Assembly: GCA_900088475.1 (NCBI GenBank)
Contig: FLMG01002041.1
Location: forward strand, 1 to 34,113
DNA length: 34,113 bases
Direction of reading: 5' to 3'
Origin: Hyphochytrium catenoides
Lineage: Eukaryota; Protista; Hyphochytriomycota
Shown: positions 11,744-23,967 of the stretch, piece by piece
Layout: each line of letters starts with the position of its first letter
Position numbering within the stretch: position 1 is the stretch's first letter
Program-made: the position numbers and the translations under genes
Notes under the pieces: model-generated
The model's database searches: none
What the model saw: only the letters and a program-made list of their open reading frames with translations
What the model was told of the DNA's origin: nothing

Positions 11744-12174
11744 ACTCAGATGACCGAAAATGTGCGGGCGACGTTGATCAAGTGAAACTGGGCCTGGGCA
11801 TTTCGGCATACTTTGACCCAGACTGCCCATCAGTTAAAGATTGCAGAAATGGATCACCTGGAGTTGGAGGATGCAGATGGTGTAAGACACCAAATAACAC
11901 GAACTCTGCCAGCTATCCTGATTGCCCGCTGGAGCCGGTCGTAGACGAGCTCTTGGGCCAGCTTGTAGCGACAGGCTTCTTCTTGGTTCTCTTCAGCTTC
12001 TTCAGCTTGCTCTGGGTGTGCCGGAAGAAGGAGAGCGCGAAACCTCTCAAGAAGGCCACCCGAATGCTCAACCGGAGAATCCCCAACCCTATAGACGCTG
12101 GACACGAAATCAAGCTACCGCCTGGGCCGATATATCCCGAGCTTGCTCAGATTGTTGACGACAAGGATGAATAG
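11744..12174 (+). CDS. Cys-rich single-pass membrane protein, paralog A (last exon; 5' exons unresolved, probably ~11490-11652)
   Basis: AG acceptor at 11743; 6-Cys ectodomain (CAGDV..GLGISAYFDPDC..C..GGCRWCK..YPDCP), hydrophobic helix (LVATGFFLVLFSFFSLLWVC), basic stop-transfer segment and tail DAGHEIKLPPGPIYPELA. Aligns end-to-end with paralog B. Confidence 0.85.
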
Positions 12175-14637
12175 ACACGCTGGATGGCTTTTCGCTTCCC
12201 AATGTATTTTTAGACCGAATTCTGAGGCTTTTTGCGCTAAGGGCAACTGTCCTGAGGTCAGTGAAGCTTGATGGTGGTCGTGACCTAAGGAGAACCAGCA
12301 ATGCCGACCTGGCAAGGGGCAGGTGACAGTTATGATATAAAGGAGTCTGGCTCCTGTTTGATACGACACTTGGTTACTGGCTATTCCCCAGCCATCTAGG
12401 GCCCTTAATTAGTGAGACTCTGCTTTGCTCAAACCTGAATATATTATAGTTAGGCAATGTAGAAACCGCCTAGCATACTAACTTTAAAGCAAACTCTATC
12501 ACGCCTATGTGTGACTCACCTACTGTCCGTAAGGCCTCTGAGATGTGACCGGCTACAGCAAGTCTAATACGGTTATTGCACTTCAGTACATTGTGCTCAG
12601 GGACAATCGCCAGGACACCGCAAAGATGTCCCTATTCAGCAGCAAGACCGCCTGAGATGAAGAGTACTCTAACTCCCCTCAGCCTTGCGCAGACCCGCAC
12701 TCCGCTTATGCGATGCTCGTTCCTGTCTTTCAGTGTGCTGAGGAACGCAGGCAATGCGAACGACCGTAACGGCTTTCCTGGTATGGCCACCAGAGTGACC
12801 TCAGAGAGCGCCAAGATTGTATGCAGCCTCTTACTCTCAAATTCCAACAAAGTGCGCTCGAGGGGGACCAGCGAGCAATAGCAAGTGGCAAGCACTCGGC
12901 CCCAGCACAAAGCTATGCTTGGGTGCGTCCCGGTACGGCACATCTGCTTGAGCGAGGGGTTCACCAATCTATCATTCATCCTCTTTTATCGGTCTCATCA
13001 TAGTCATCATCACGGATGGTAGGTGACGCCACATCATTCACAAAGTTTGACATTTCGCCTAAGGTAACGACCCACACCGCTGAGCACTGATCAGACGCAA
13101 TTCGATACAGCTGTTCGTACACAATAGGGCCGCGATGGATACGTACGTCTGTAGTCACTACTTTTTACCGCCAACAGTCTGTATGATGCAGAAGCTTAGT
13201 GGAGCACAAGAGGTACGTGGAAGGGCAATAGGCTTGGGAGCCCATCCATCCAAATCTTACCTTTGAAGAGCTGCATCTATCGTCCTACCCCCTGATGGCT
13301 TTTATGACAAAGGCTCTCAATGAGGGTTCTTTGCCCCCTCCTTAACACTCTTCCATTTTCATGCCTTCCTGCCATTCAAGCTCGGGAGACGGCTTCCCTA
13401 CGCCGAAATGTGGCTGCCTCCATTAATTTCGCACTATCTAACCTTTTCCTAACCGACAGAAAGCATCTCACATGGCTCTGTGCTCTTTGTCGCCAATGGT
13501 GAGCTGACTATGGACTGCGCTAGTGTGCTTGTGGTCTGTAAATGGACACTGGCAAGCCATGTCTTTTGTGGGCACAGTAGCTCTTCTGCTCTCTAAACTG
13601 TTGTCAGTTTCCATCAGCCTCGTAGACATCTTCTCGCCCTTCCAGAGACCTCTGTCTCTGATACCCCAGCAATCGAGCTATAGACACGATGGTTCTTCTA
13701 GAGCCTTTCCCGATAGCGCTTCATCACGCTTTGGCACTCATCCTATAAGAACTGATTTTTGGGGCAAGCTCTACTGCTTGTCAGCAGAGCCAAGTTCCAA
13801 GTATCCCATTTATGACGCCTTTCCAAGCAGACCCAGCCAGAGCTAAAGTATCGGAAGGCGATAGAGCTTTCAGTGTTCCTATCCCAGTACACCTTCCTTA
13901 CTGACAACCGAAATATATAACAGAGCCTTCTCTTGAGATTGTCGCTTTTCATAGGCCTTATATGGTATCTGTAGCCGGTTTCCCTCTTTATTACAGTTAC
14001 GCTACGTACCCTAGTACTTTACAATAAATACAGACCCGTACCCAATCTCTTAGACACTCTGTCTAGCATGGAATGATCCTGAAAAGGGCCCATATGAGTT
14101 AGATTATTAGAGCTTTCACAAGGGCAAGCGGTACCTCTTGCTCACTCTGTCTCTTGTGGGAAACTTCTCCATTATGTACAATTGTACCCAGTGATGGGTG
14201 GGCCACTTGCTGTATAATTGGTGCTTGTACTCTCTGTCCTACCCGCCGCCCCGCCTCTTTGGCCGCTTGCCGCTGCGGCAGCCTTGGAACGCACAGCGCT
14301 GCAGACAGTCAATTCTGAAGCTTATTGGCTTTTGTGGATTGCCTGTGGTCCAAGATCCTGGCGAAGCGGATGGCGCTGTCCAAGTAGAGGATAATGTATG
14401 GTTGCTCAAGGTTACCACTAAGGAATTGAAGTATTCTGAAGCAATTCGAGGACATTTGAAAGTACCTGCTGGAGCGAGGAGCCAACTTCTCTTCCTTTAT
14501 TCTAAGAAAAGAAGAGATAGCTGCGGCTAATACCGTCGTCAGTAACCAAAATGAGGGACTTTGCGAGTAAGTGCTGCTATCAGGCTCTGGATTCTTTTCT
14601 GAGAACTCAAGCTCTTCTACATCTTATCTCCTGGCAG

Positions 14638-15092
14638 TTCCTAAGGATGGACTCTGTGCTGGTATGGTCAGCGCGGCTGATATTGCCCTAGGACCTGGGG
14701 TCTCGGGCTTTTTTGAAGAACGATGTGATGTCGAGGAGTGCTTCGACACGTTTTCAGAGGGAAACACTGGATGCAGATACTGCAAGACAGGAGATGCTCC
14801 TTCTTCTGTCAAATACGTTCCTTGCCCCACCGGCAGACCCAGTGAGCTGATTGCCCAACTGGCAACTACCATGCTTATTCTTGGGGCCATCATCGTTGTC
14901 GCTGCAAGCTGGTTTATGCAGAAAGGGAAGACTGGACGGATGAAGAAAGCGAGTCATTATCTTCGTAGAAGCTTGGAACCGAACCGCATGGATGGCGGAC
15001 ATGAAATCAGACTGCCGCCTGGCCCGATTTATCCCGCATTGGCCGCGTATACACAGCCAAGAGTTGAAGATGAGAGCCGAAAGTCAAAGTAG
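14638..15092 (+). CDS. Cys-rich single-pass membrane protein, paralog B (last exon; probable mini-exon 14543-14566; other 5' exons unresolved)
   Basis: Phase-1 AG acceptor at 14637, equivalent to paralog A. Contains CAGMVS..GVSGFFEERC..C..TGCRYCK..YVPCP, TM helix LATTMLILGAIIVVAASWFM and tail DGGHEIRLPPGPIYPALA. Confidence 0.85.
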
Positions 15093-15400
15093 CGCACCTC
15101 GGGGTGTGTCACTGTATTTATGCTCTGACTGGATGCAGTCCTCATGTTATTTATAAGGTACAGATACCCTAAGGAAATAGGGTCAGATGTCCGCCATCGC
15201 GGTATCTGTGAAAATATAGCTACAACTATAACGCGACGGAGACATTTAGAGGCCAGACTAAGACGATGAAAGCTTAGCGGGCAAGGGAAGTCATCTGAAC
15301 CTTCTTGTTCAGTAAGTCCAGCTTGTCTTCTGATAGAGTGTAGGCCCATCCACGACCTCAGTGTACGGTCCCTATGGAAAGCGATGTGAAAAAGCTATCC

Positions 15401-17476
15401 TTAGCCCATTGTCATCATTTCCAGCACCTCGATCTCCTCTGGATCCTTCCATGAGTGTCGATCGTCCTCCAGCTGCTCTGTCGGTTCGTCTTCCTCTTCC
15501 TCTACACTCGCGTGAGATTCATACCCCAAGTCCTGCGGTTGAACCTTAGTTTGAACAAAGGCGGCATTCTTAGTGAGCCACAGTGCGATCCCTGCTATTC
15601 ATCGAAACAAAGCTATAGGGAGGAACCATCTTTGACATAAGATATTGAGAAGAAGAAAAGTAAATGACTTGATATCCACCTCCTGAGCTTCCTCGGTCCC
15701 AGATTCCTCTGATGTCCTTCGGGTAGCTGCCACCTGAAGGAGCCGATGAACGTCCAACTGGAGGTTTTCCACCCCCCGCGAGAACTCTGTGCGGTGCGTT
15801 AGCGCAGTTCTTAGCCGTCACATCCTATCTGCGATACCTGCGAAGGAAATGTCGTCTGTAAATGTGTTTGACATGAGCTGTAGCAAACCAGTGGCGTCGT
15901 CTTCGTTCATCCCATCTCCTGCCTCTGATATCAAAGATAGGAATCGACCCTCATCTAGAATACCATCTCTTGAGACATAGTCGAACAGCTCTTTTAGCTC
16001 TAGCTCCTCATCATAATCTCCTGATGACTGCGAGGGAGCTCGTCGTTAGATAGTTGGACGAGACTAGTGCGTAGCAGGATTCTGATGGGGTACGAAGCTT
16101 GAGAGGGCAGCCAAAGGAATGAAAACAAAAGAGTAACGTGGCAAACAACACAGGGAACGGTGTCAGGAAGAGCCAAGTAACTGCAGGAGGGACGGACGCA
16201 GAGTTGTGGTCCAGTCGTACGCTGCGAGGTGTCTCGCTGGAGTACGACACGTAATCAAGGGCTTCTGAAGTCTGGCTTAAGCGGCGGCGGCGTTCCAGCT
16301 CCATAACAGCGTCAATGAAGTCATTTTCCGACACAAGCTCCGAGTCCTCATACACGATCGTCTGCCATTAAGGAGGCTGGTTACCATCCTTTCAACGTCG
16401 TCACTGTGAAGGCAAGTAGAGCACCTTTCTTAGCCGAACAAGATCTCTCTCCGACGCTGCAGGATTGTACTTGCAAAAGACATTTCCAACTTGGCTGTAC
16501 AGAGCGGGATGTCAGATACTGAATGAGAGAGCAACAGGAAAGGGGCATAAAAGGAATATCAACCTCCCCATTATTAAACCAGTGCCAAAGTTGTCTGCGT
16601 CTGAGAAGCAGCTCTTTAACCTCTGGATAGCGTCCTGAAAAGCGGTCCTGCTCTATTAGTCAGAGCATTTTATCTGTTCACGTCAAAGTATTCTTACCGA
16701 CTCGTCGCTGGTGTCCTCCTTAGCCGACGGGCAGCCAGCGGTGAAGAGCGAGATGTCTAAATCTAGACTTCGCACTGCCTCAACAAACTCTGAGAAGTTG
16801 ACTTCTCCGTCCCCGTCATAATCCATCATCTGAAGGCATGAGATGGTTTACATTTTTCCATTATGAGAGACACAACGAAGGCGTCATCCTACTTCCAGTA
16901 TCCTTAGAGCTTCAACCTCGGTAGTGTTGGGATCCTTGGCCCTTAGCCCCATCAGGAATAGATCAGGATCAATCAGCCCGCCGCGCGACACAGCCTCAAA
17001 AGCTTGCTTGATGTTGTGGATGGGCTCCGTCGCAGAAGGCTCCGTCAACTGCCATATCTGGGCTTAAGGTCAACTACCTGCTAAAGGACCTGATGGAGTC
17101 GGAGGAGGCTCTCACCTTCTCAATCGAGATGTCAAGTTCTAAGTCTAAAGCCGCTCGCAGGAGGGTCTGCAGGATACGTAAGGGTTACTCCGACAACGGA
17201 AAGCTTTCAGACACCTTACCTCCATCGGGATAAACCCTGCGCTTTCGCTGTCCAAGAGCTGTGTCGAGAAAGTCAGAACAGACTGATCGAGAGCTAAACT
17301 TTACGGGTGGGGCCGCGTACCGCAATGAGATCGTTGATTGCTTCTTCGCTGGCGCGAGTGTTTGACTGCTTAATCACGTTTCGCACCTCATCATGGCTGA
17401 GGACGGACTTCAGTGAGGTAGATGCTGACGACCGCAGACTTTGAGCGTCCCGGCCGGTACTGATATCATCATACAT
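15401..17476 (-). CDS. Multi-exon EF-hand protein with four EF-hand-pair lobes and an acidic C-terminal tail
   Basis: Splicing about 10 GT-AG introns gives ...LSHDEVRNVIKQSNTRASEEAINDLIALLDSESAGFIPMETLLRAALDLELDISIEK...IKQAFEAVSRGGLIDPDLFLMGLRAKDPNTTEVEALRILEMMDYDGDGEVNFSEFVEAVRSLDLDIS...LKSCFSDADNFGTGLI...LKELFDYVSRDGILDEGRFL...DDISFAEFSRGVENLQLDV...VEEEEDEPTEQLEDD. One loop is canonical (DYDGDGEVNFSE). The start (ATG 17476) and the junction near 16050-16220 are uncertain. Confidence 0.8.
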
Positions 17477-20105
17477 TCTGCTGCGGTAGGCCTGCCAGCA
17501 CACGGTTCAGCAGCAGCCAATTCACACTTCTTCCGTTACTGGAGCCTACCACGGAAGGCTAGTAGGCTTTGACGGCCCCTGGCGTTGTCGCAATGGAGCT
17601 ATCCTGGGTCTCAAATCTTGTCTGAGTTAAGAGTGTATCATGGACTGAGTGTGCCGCTGCGTGGGCAAAGCTGCTCAAACAGCAGGAATTCCAATGTGCC
17701 TTGCCAGCAAGGAATAACAAGACTAACAGTTCCGCTGAAGCGGCCGTCTCCGACTGTGCTGATGGGTTGGGCCGGTGCAGCTCTAGCTTCCTGTCGCGAT
17801 CTCTCGCCCTGCAGAGACTCCGACTCGACCAGGCGCGGTTCTTTTGTTCTGACCTTTGGCGGAAGAGCTAAGAACACTCTTGCTTGGCACTTGGCATGAT
17901 TGCAGTTTCTCTATATTGGCCGTTACCGGCTCTAAGACAGAAAGGTGGTCTGTTGAAGTTTCCTTTCTCGGGGAGACATTGTTCCCAATCTGAGACAGAG
18001 CAGAGCTCGCTGCACGCGAGCCAGGTGCCGTGCATCTAAAGTGCTGTTACCCATCCTGGATAGATGCTTCGCACTGCTTCGTTGCCGATTAGAACTGTCG
18101 GGCTAGCTTTCAGGCTAGCACTACCGTCGGATCAGTTCTGCTTCCCAGACTACTATGACCAGGTAGCTTGCCCTAGATCAAATGCTTTCATTTGTCATGT
18201 CCATATGGCGAGTAGGGTTGAATGGAGGCATAAGGTGTCAGGGCAGAAGGTGTCGGTAAAGCAGCTTCTTGTCATCTTGTTTTGCCTCCAGGTACTTGGC
18301 ACTATAATAGATGATGACAGTCTCAAGCTGAAGCTATTTCTTGGTGAGCAGTTCATAGATCTGGTGCCCGAGATGGTCCGCCCCAGATAAATCTCTGTAG
18401 TAATAGCGCGTCAAGCTTTGATAGGTAAAGTCTACTCTCTGTTCGTGGCGACCTTCTTTGTGCAGTACTTCGCCATGACTCTGTCGCTTTAGCTCGCGCT
18501 GCTTCAGGAGAGCATGAAGTCTCGACTAATCTTGCAGAAGGCTCCTCAAATGAAGCTCTACCAAGGCTCCAGGACGCCCATAATCGTAGGGATTCAAGTT
18601 GAGCCATCCTGCAGTGGTCGTGTGTTGTACAAGCAACTAAAGAGGTCATGACCGATGAGTCGCTGAAGGCGGAGATTCGCCTTCTCCCTTCCTGATGCTC
18701 TGATGGTGCTTTCCATATTTCTCTATAACAAGGCATCTGAAAGTGCAGAGATCATCGCTGGTTTACGAAGGGATGACTCCCGAGACTTTTCCACAACAAT
18801 TTGTTGCCTTTACGTCCTGTCTTCAAGGCGCTCCCTACACATGTAAGACCTTGATGAGATCTTGGAGCGAGGTATCTAAACCAACTACTCAGCCCCTTCT
18901 CCAGTTCTCAGGACCTATCACAAAGGCCCTTTGTATTGTGAGTCAGATGGAAGTTTTTGCTGGAAAGTCAAAGGACATAACGCCGGTCGTTGCGGTGACC
19001 TGAGTAAGGTGATCCCATTGAGGATGACCTGGTATGGCAACCTGTGAAGCTTACTTTCAGCACGCTTTTCATGATGGCTTGATCATAGTCTTGCGCCCTT
19101 ATTCCTTGAGTGAGAAAGAAAGCTTCAGGCGCAAGAAGGTCAGCGTAGGCACCCCGCGCCGGTGTTTGTCAAATGACATTGAGAGCTCTCTAGCTCCAGG
19201 ATGACGTCGTGCTCCAAAAAAGTACAGGTCAACTTGATGTGAGTGGCCAGACGTGTGAGATTGCAATAGTGAAGTCTCCGTACTATTTGCGGTTGGTGTC
19301 ATCAGTCCCTTTCGTGTGCCTGCTTGAACGACCTCAGATTGTGTTGGGTTCTCCTTGGGCTTAGAAGTGCAGGGAGAGCTTTCTCTGGCTAAGAGCTGTT
19401 TCTGAACTTGTAAAGTGTCTTGTGGTCTCGACGTGATACTCTGAGGGCCGCATTGTCGTGGATTGCTTCATCAGCTCAATCAGGGCTTCTGGTGGCCGCT
19501 AACTTTTCCGCTGCGTCGTTGAGTTGTGGTTTTGGTTAATTGGCGGCCGACTTTCCTAGGGCAACTTTAGAACGCTTTCCTTTACGAGGGGTCGTTTCCC
19601 CAGAAGGACTCTTGAACCCAAGCATCCTACGTAAGATGAGCTAAGATGAGCTTTAAGCTCAGACGGGCCTTTGTACGGGTATCACGCTTAAGGTTAGAGA
19701 AAGGAGAGAAGCTTCGAAGCTCTGAGGAGGTTTGTCCAGGCGATCCTGGTATTGAAGCTCTTCTTCGAGTGAACAGAAGAGCGCATACTATAACCGCCTC
19801 ACCCCACTCCCGCCTAGCAGCACAGAACTCTTCCAGCATAAGGAGGCCCCTGACACGCATGTTGGCAGTAGGCTCGCCGGCAAGGCCCCTCTGCTACCTT
19901 TCATCCAGACAGAAAGGAGCCTATGAAGTATCATGACGTCGGGATGTGTAGCCTTCAGTAAATGTAATGGATAGCTCACTACTACCTAGATGTCCTTATA
20001 TATTAGGTAGTCAGCGCCATATTTTTACTTAGCATGGCCATCCACTCTGACTAAGGAACCGTAATCCCTCCGATGGAACAAGGTCTTCTACTACCAGCGG
20101 TCATG

Positions 20106-23100
20106 CTAGTAAACGCCCCAGAAGTCATTCGTCTCATGCGCGGGTGCATCCCAAACGAAGCTATTGCTGGCGTGCTTCACCTCGCCTACGCCAGGCGGAC
20201 ATCCTGTGTGCAAAGAAAGAGGATCTTCACTGCCATCTCCTAGCTTATTATAAAAAAGCGCAGCCGTCAGACGCCTGCTTGGAACGGCAGCGCCGTCTAG
20301 GCAGTAAGGCAAGGTGTTCTGTTATGGACAGCACGTTATTAACCTCGACTAAGCCCCATAAAGAGCACACAACAAGAGCCTTACCTCAAGCTCGGAGATG
20401 TTCGCAGAGTAAGGACGCGGAGTATTAATCTGCGCCTTCGGAAAGACCGTTTCTCCCCCGATGCGGACATCACTCAGATAGAGGAAGATAGTGGCAAACC
20501 GGTTGGGCAGAATTAGAGGCACATAGGCAGGGATGCTGCAAGGCAAGAAGGTTGTTAAGCAGGAGACCATTGGTCAAAGGCACCAAATAGCTTGTAGAGA
20601 GTCGAAACTTTCAAGAGTCACCGCTAAAGAAGTAAGACATGACTAAGGGCTAAGTGATACAATCAAAAGACGGAAGCATAGAGGATTGGAGCATTCCGGG
20701 GAAGTAGTGCCATAGTAGGAGGTGTTTAGGGGAGAGAAGAACCAGCTTTAGATCCACTAGACACAGAGGTGATTATCAGGGTCTTCACACCTATACTGAA
20801 AGGCAGGTCCGCCCTCTCTTGCCAGAGTTGTCGTTAAGATCTTGAAGATGCGGAAGTCTTTGATCAAAAGTTTGCTCAGGCCTTTGGGGCCCTCACCGAT
20901 GGCCACGGAGAAATTGGACCGAAGTTGCTCCGATATCCCTTCAGCTTCCCATAGATCAAGATAGAACATCATCCTCTCCCCTATGGCGGTCACGAAAACC
21001 CTATCGTATCGTGGATGCAAAGGGCCATCCGGCTGACAGAAGGGGATGCGAAGGACGAGCAGTAGTGAGTAAGAAGAGATGACCGAGGGAAGGGAAGAAG
21101 AAAGTGGAAGCGCATACGAGGAAGGGGTTAGCCACTTAGGTGGAAATGACCTTCAGTGTGGGGCGGCAGTCGTTGCCCAAGCTGGCCACCTGGTTTCGAG
21201 CCCAACGGATCCAGCGGGTCAACTGGGAGATGGGGTGGGCACGCTTCCCATCATAGGGTTTGGGGCTGGAAAGTATGCGTCAGCATTCGACAGATGGCTC
21301 TCCCCCTTACTCTACGAAGCAGCCTATGACTTCTGCTCTACCATCCTCCTGCTTATTGGATGCCCTCTGTACTCTATCTCTCTATGCTCTATATGCCGGC
21401 ACCTGTATGCAGGAACAAGTTGGCTGTCTGCGGAGACTCTCCATACTTCTTCCAGATATTCATTGACCCATGGAAAGGCTTCTACTAAGGTGCGTACAAT
21501 GTTCCTTTCTCTATTCTCAAGTTTCTCTTTAAGCTGCGAGATATCCCCGTTAGAGGTGACACTTAAAAGCTTCCTTGCTTTTGTGATTATGATGCCTCTT
21601 ACCCAGACCGCCCAGGTTTCTGGCAGTAATTTGGGATGGGCTGCGGTAAAGCGTGACAGGAGCGCCCATTGAAAGCCCTCGAGATCCAGAGGCTGGGGAT
21701 ATAGCTCCTCTCCTGCAGCCCAGCGAACGGGGTGAGCTGGTTGACTTGAAAGTGGCAGACAAGTGCTAGGGCGTCTGAGAGCTTAGAGAAGAATGACACA
21801 GCCTGATGAAGGCTTAGAACGATCGCAGGATGATGTAGCAAGACGAGTAACGAGGAATGCGTGGTCCTGGGTAAGTTATATATAGCAGCGGAGTTGATGT
21901 CCCAGGAGATGTTGCCCCTTCAAATGTGGTCATCCTTACCCTCTTGGACCACCTTGGCTAGGCGGCCTCGATAGGTCAGCACTAAACTTTGAGCCCACTG
22001 TGCCCAGTCAAGGTATCTTCTCCAGTCTGAGCTGAACGCTATCTGCCGGTCCGGGATGATGTCCGGCTTCTCAAAGTAGTCTGTATGCTTGGTATAGTAC
22101 TGACCAGACAAATAGCGGACGTACTGCAGCCGTTCAGCATAGCCTGTTTGCAACGAAGGCAAAGGAGCACTAACTCTTTAGGATCACGATAAGGAGCTGG
22201 GTAGAAGGACAACCTCTTTACCTGGGTTTGGCAGCCTTAACAGATGGGTGCTTCGGAACTGAAAGTCTCGCGTGAGGTTCGATGGCGGAAGGAAAGCCGT
22301 GTGACTGGTGCGATACTTTGCCACCTTCATTTTATTCTCTCCTGGCTCCACCACGACTGATTGCGCAAGGTGAGGGGCCCCTGACAAAGCAACAAACCTT
22401 AGCCTTCTTCCAGCTTTCTGCCTCCAGCAGCAGGAGCAGCGGGGTTGAACTTACCTTCCGCTATAATGGCTTCTGCCTCCCGGTCCGTAAAGAATCCATC
22501 AATTTGGAACACCTTTGGGGCCAGGGATACGGTCCGCATCACTACTCCGTCCACTTCTACGACATAACCAGGCCTTATACCCGGCCAAACCCAGTTCTGC
22601 CCGTCGAGAAGTAGGTAGATAATGTTCTTCGAAGCGGCGATGTCTTCAGCCGACTTGATGGGCTCACCGTACAGAGAGTAAAGCCGGAAGCCTAATGACA
22701 GGTATCTGCGGTCAATCAACGCGGTGGCTCCGAAGAGCTCTCCTAGTTCGTAGAGACAGTCTTTATGGAGGACAGGATCCCAGAAGATCAAAGCCCCGAT
22801 GTTTTCCCCGTTCTTCAAGACAAGAGCCCGATTCTTGGAGAGCAGTTCAGCGTACGGTCGGTCAATAACCTCGTTCACGTCCACTCCAGCTCCTGAGATG
22901 AGAGTCCCCAAAGACAGCAGAGCAAGTCAGTGATGGTTCGTGAAGCGATGCCTCTAAAATGAGTACTTACCTATGAGGACAGGGGCTGATGGACATCTCC
23001 TGCTGCGTGTAGTGAGCTGAGTAGAGGGACTGGCCGTCCAGTAGTGCTGGCCATGCTGATCCCAATGATTGCGAGCGTCCTGTGAATAGTGACCAACTTT

Positions 23101-23409
23101 GGAGGAGATTGGCGACTTCTCCCTTGGCTCCGTGATGGAGTCATCCGTAGGAGATTCAGAGGGAAGCAACTGATTCGTCTCATAAGCGTCTGCTCCATCG
23201 GATAGGAGCTCCAAGGTGCTGGAGGACGAGCTAAGCTGGTGGGCATCATGGTGCCCAGAGGGCCACACAAGGAGCGTTGTTGGCACCTTGCCCCAGGCGG
23301 ATAGGAGAGCAACGAAGGCTGGTAACGCAACCCCAAGCCATAGCTGGGCCCTCTGGCCACTCTTCTTGCCACTAGTCTTCTTTGGTGATGGAGCTTCTTT
23401 CCGCTTCAT
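20106..23409 (-). CDS. P4H: Prolyl 4-hydroxylase (2OG-Fe(II) dioxygenase), type II membrane-anchored, ~10 exons, with a large internal insertion
   Basis: N-terminal basic segment plus TM helix (LWLGVALPAFVALLSAW), then LLDGQNWVWPGIRPG, TVSLAPKVFQIDGFFTDREAEAII, YRTSHTAFL, ERLQYVRYLSGQYYTKHTDYF (HxD at 22079-22087), NRFATIFLYLSDVRIGGETVFP, AALFYN, SLHTGCP (distal His) and KHASNSFVW (2OG-binding Lys). All catalytic residues of plant/algal-type P4H are present. Confidence 0.93.
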
Positions 23410-23967
23410 GTTCCCCTTCGCCTTGTTGCCCGCCTTCTAATGCTTGCAACGCTGTGTCCTCTAAAGGTTTCTCCGTCACCAGCAAGGTCCTCCTTCGTGC
23501 CTACTGCCCTGTTCTGGTCCTGCGTCCTCTTTTGATGACTCAACGCCGCTCCTATGAAGACCTAGAGCGGAAGAATTGACCATGCGCGCTGCTGACAACG
23601 AGCCAAAGCCGTGGAAAGGAAGGAAGGTTTTCAGGATATATCACTTTCCCCTCTCTGGTTCAGGCATCAGCGGGGGAAGGAGCAGGAAGAGTGATGATGG
23701 ACTAGGAACAACAGGACGTGGAGGCGGAGGAAGTTAAGCCGTAGAGCCGAGGCAGCAGAATCTTTCCTCAGCGAGACAGTACAAGGGCTCCTAGCCTGAC
23801 GTTCGATAGGCCACTGGACCGAGGGAGAAGGAAGAGAAGAATTCACCTGTCAGCCGGGATGACGATCGAACGAGATAGTAGTTCCATGAGAGGAAGACCG
23901 AAGGATAAAGAATAAGAATGAGATAGAGGAGAATGAACCAAGGTAAGCTAGAACTACCTGTGTGATG

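Noticed and set aside
12480-13160. Nucleoside-hydrolase-like fragments on the minus strand (EVTLVAIPG, VVTLGEMSN, VLFISGG)
   Set aside because: Only vague resemblance, no DxDxxxDD motif and no consistent exon chain.
8605-18410. Alternative genetic code (TAA/TAG = Gln), suggested by several protein-like frames crossing TAA/TAG (8686, 8791, 8833, 14215, ~18330)
   Set aside because: The very Gln-rich collagen ORF contains no TAA/TAG in over 2,000 codons, and P4H, both membrane paralogs and the small protein end at TAG/TAA where expected. The standard code fits.
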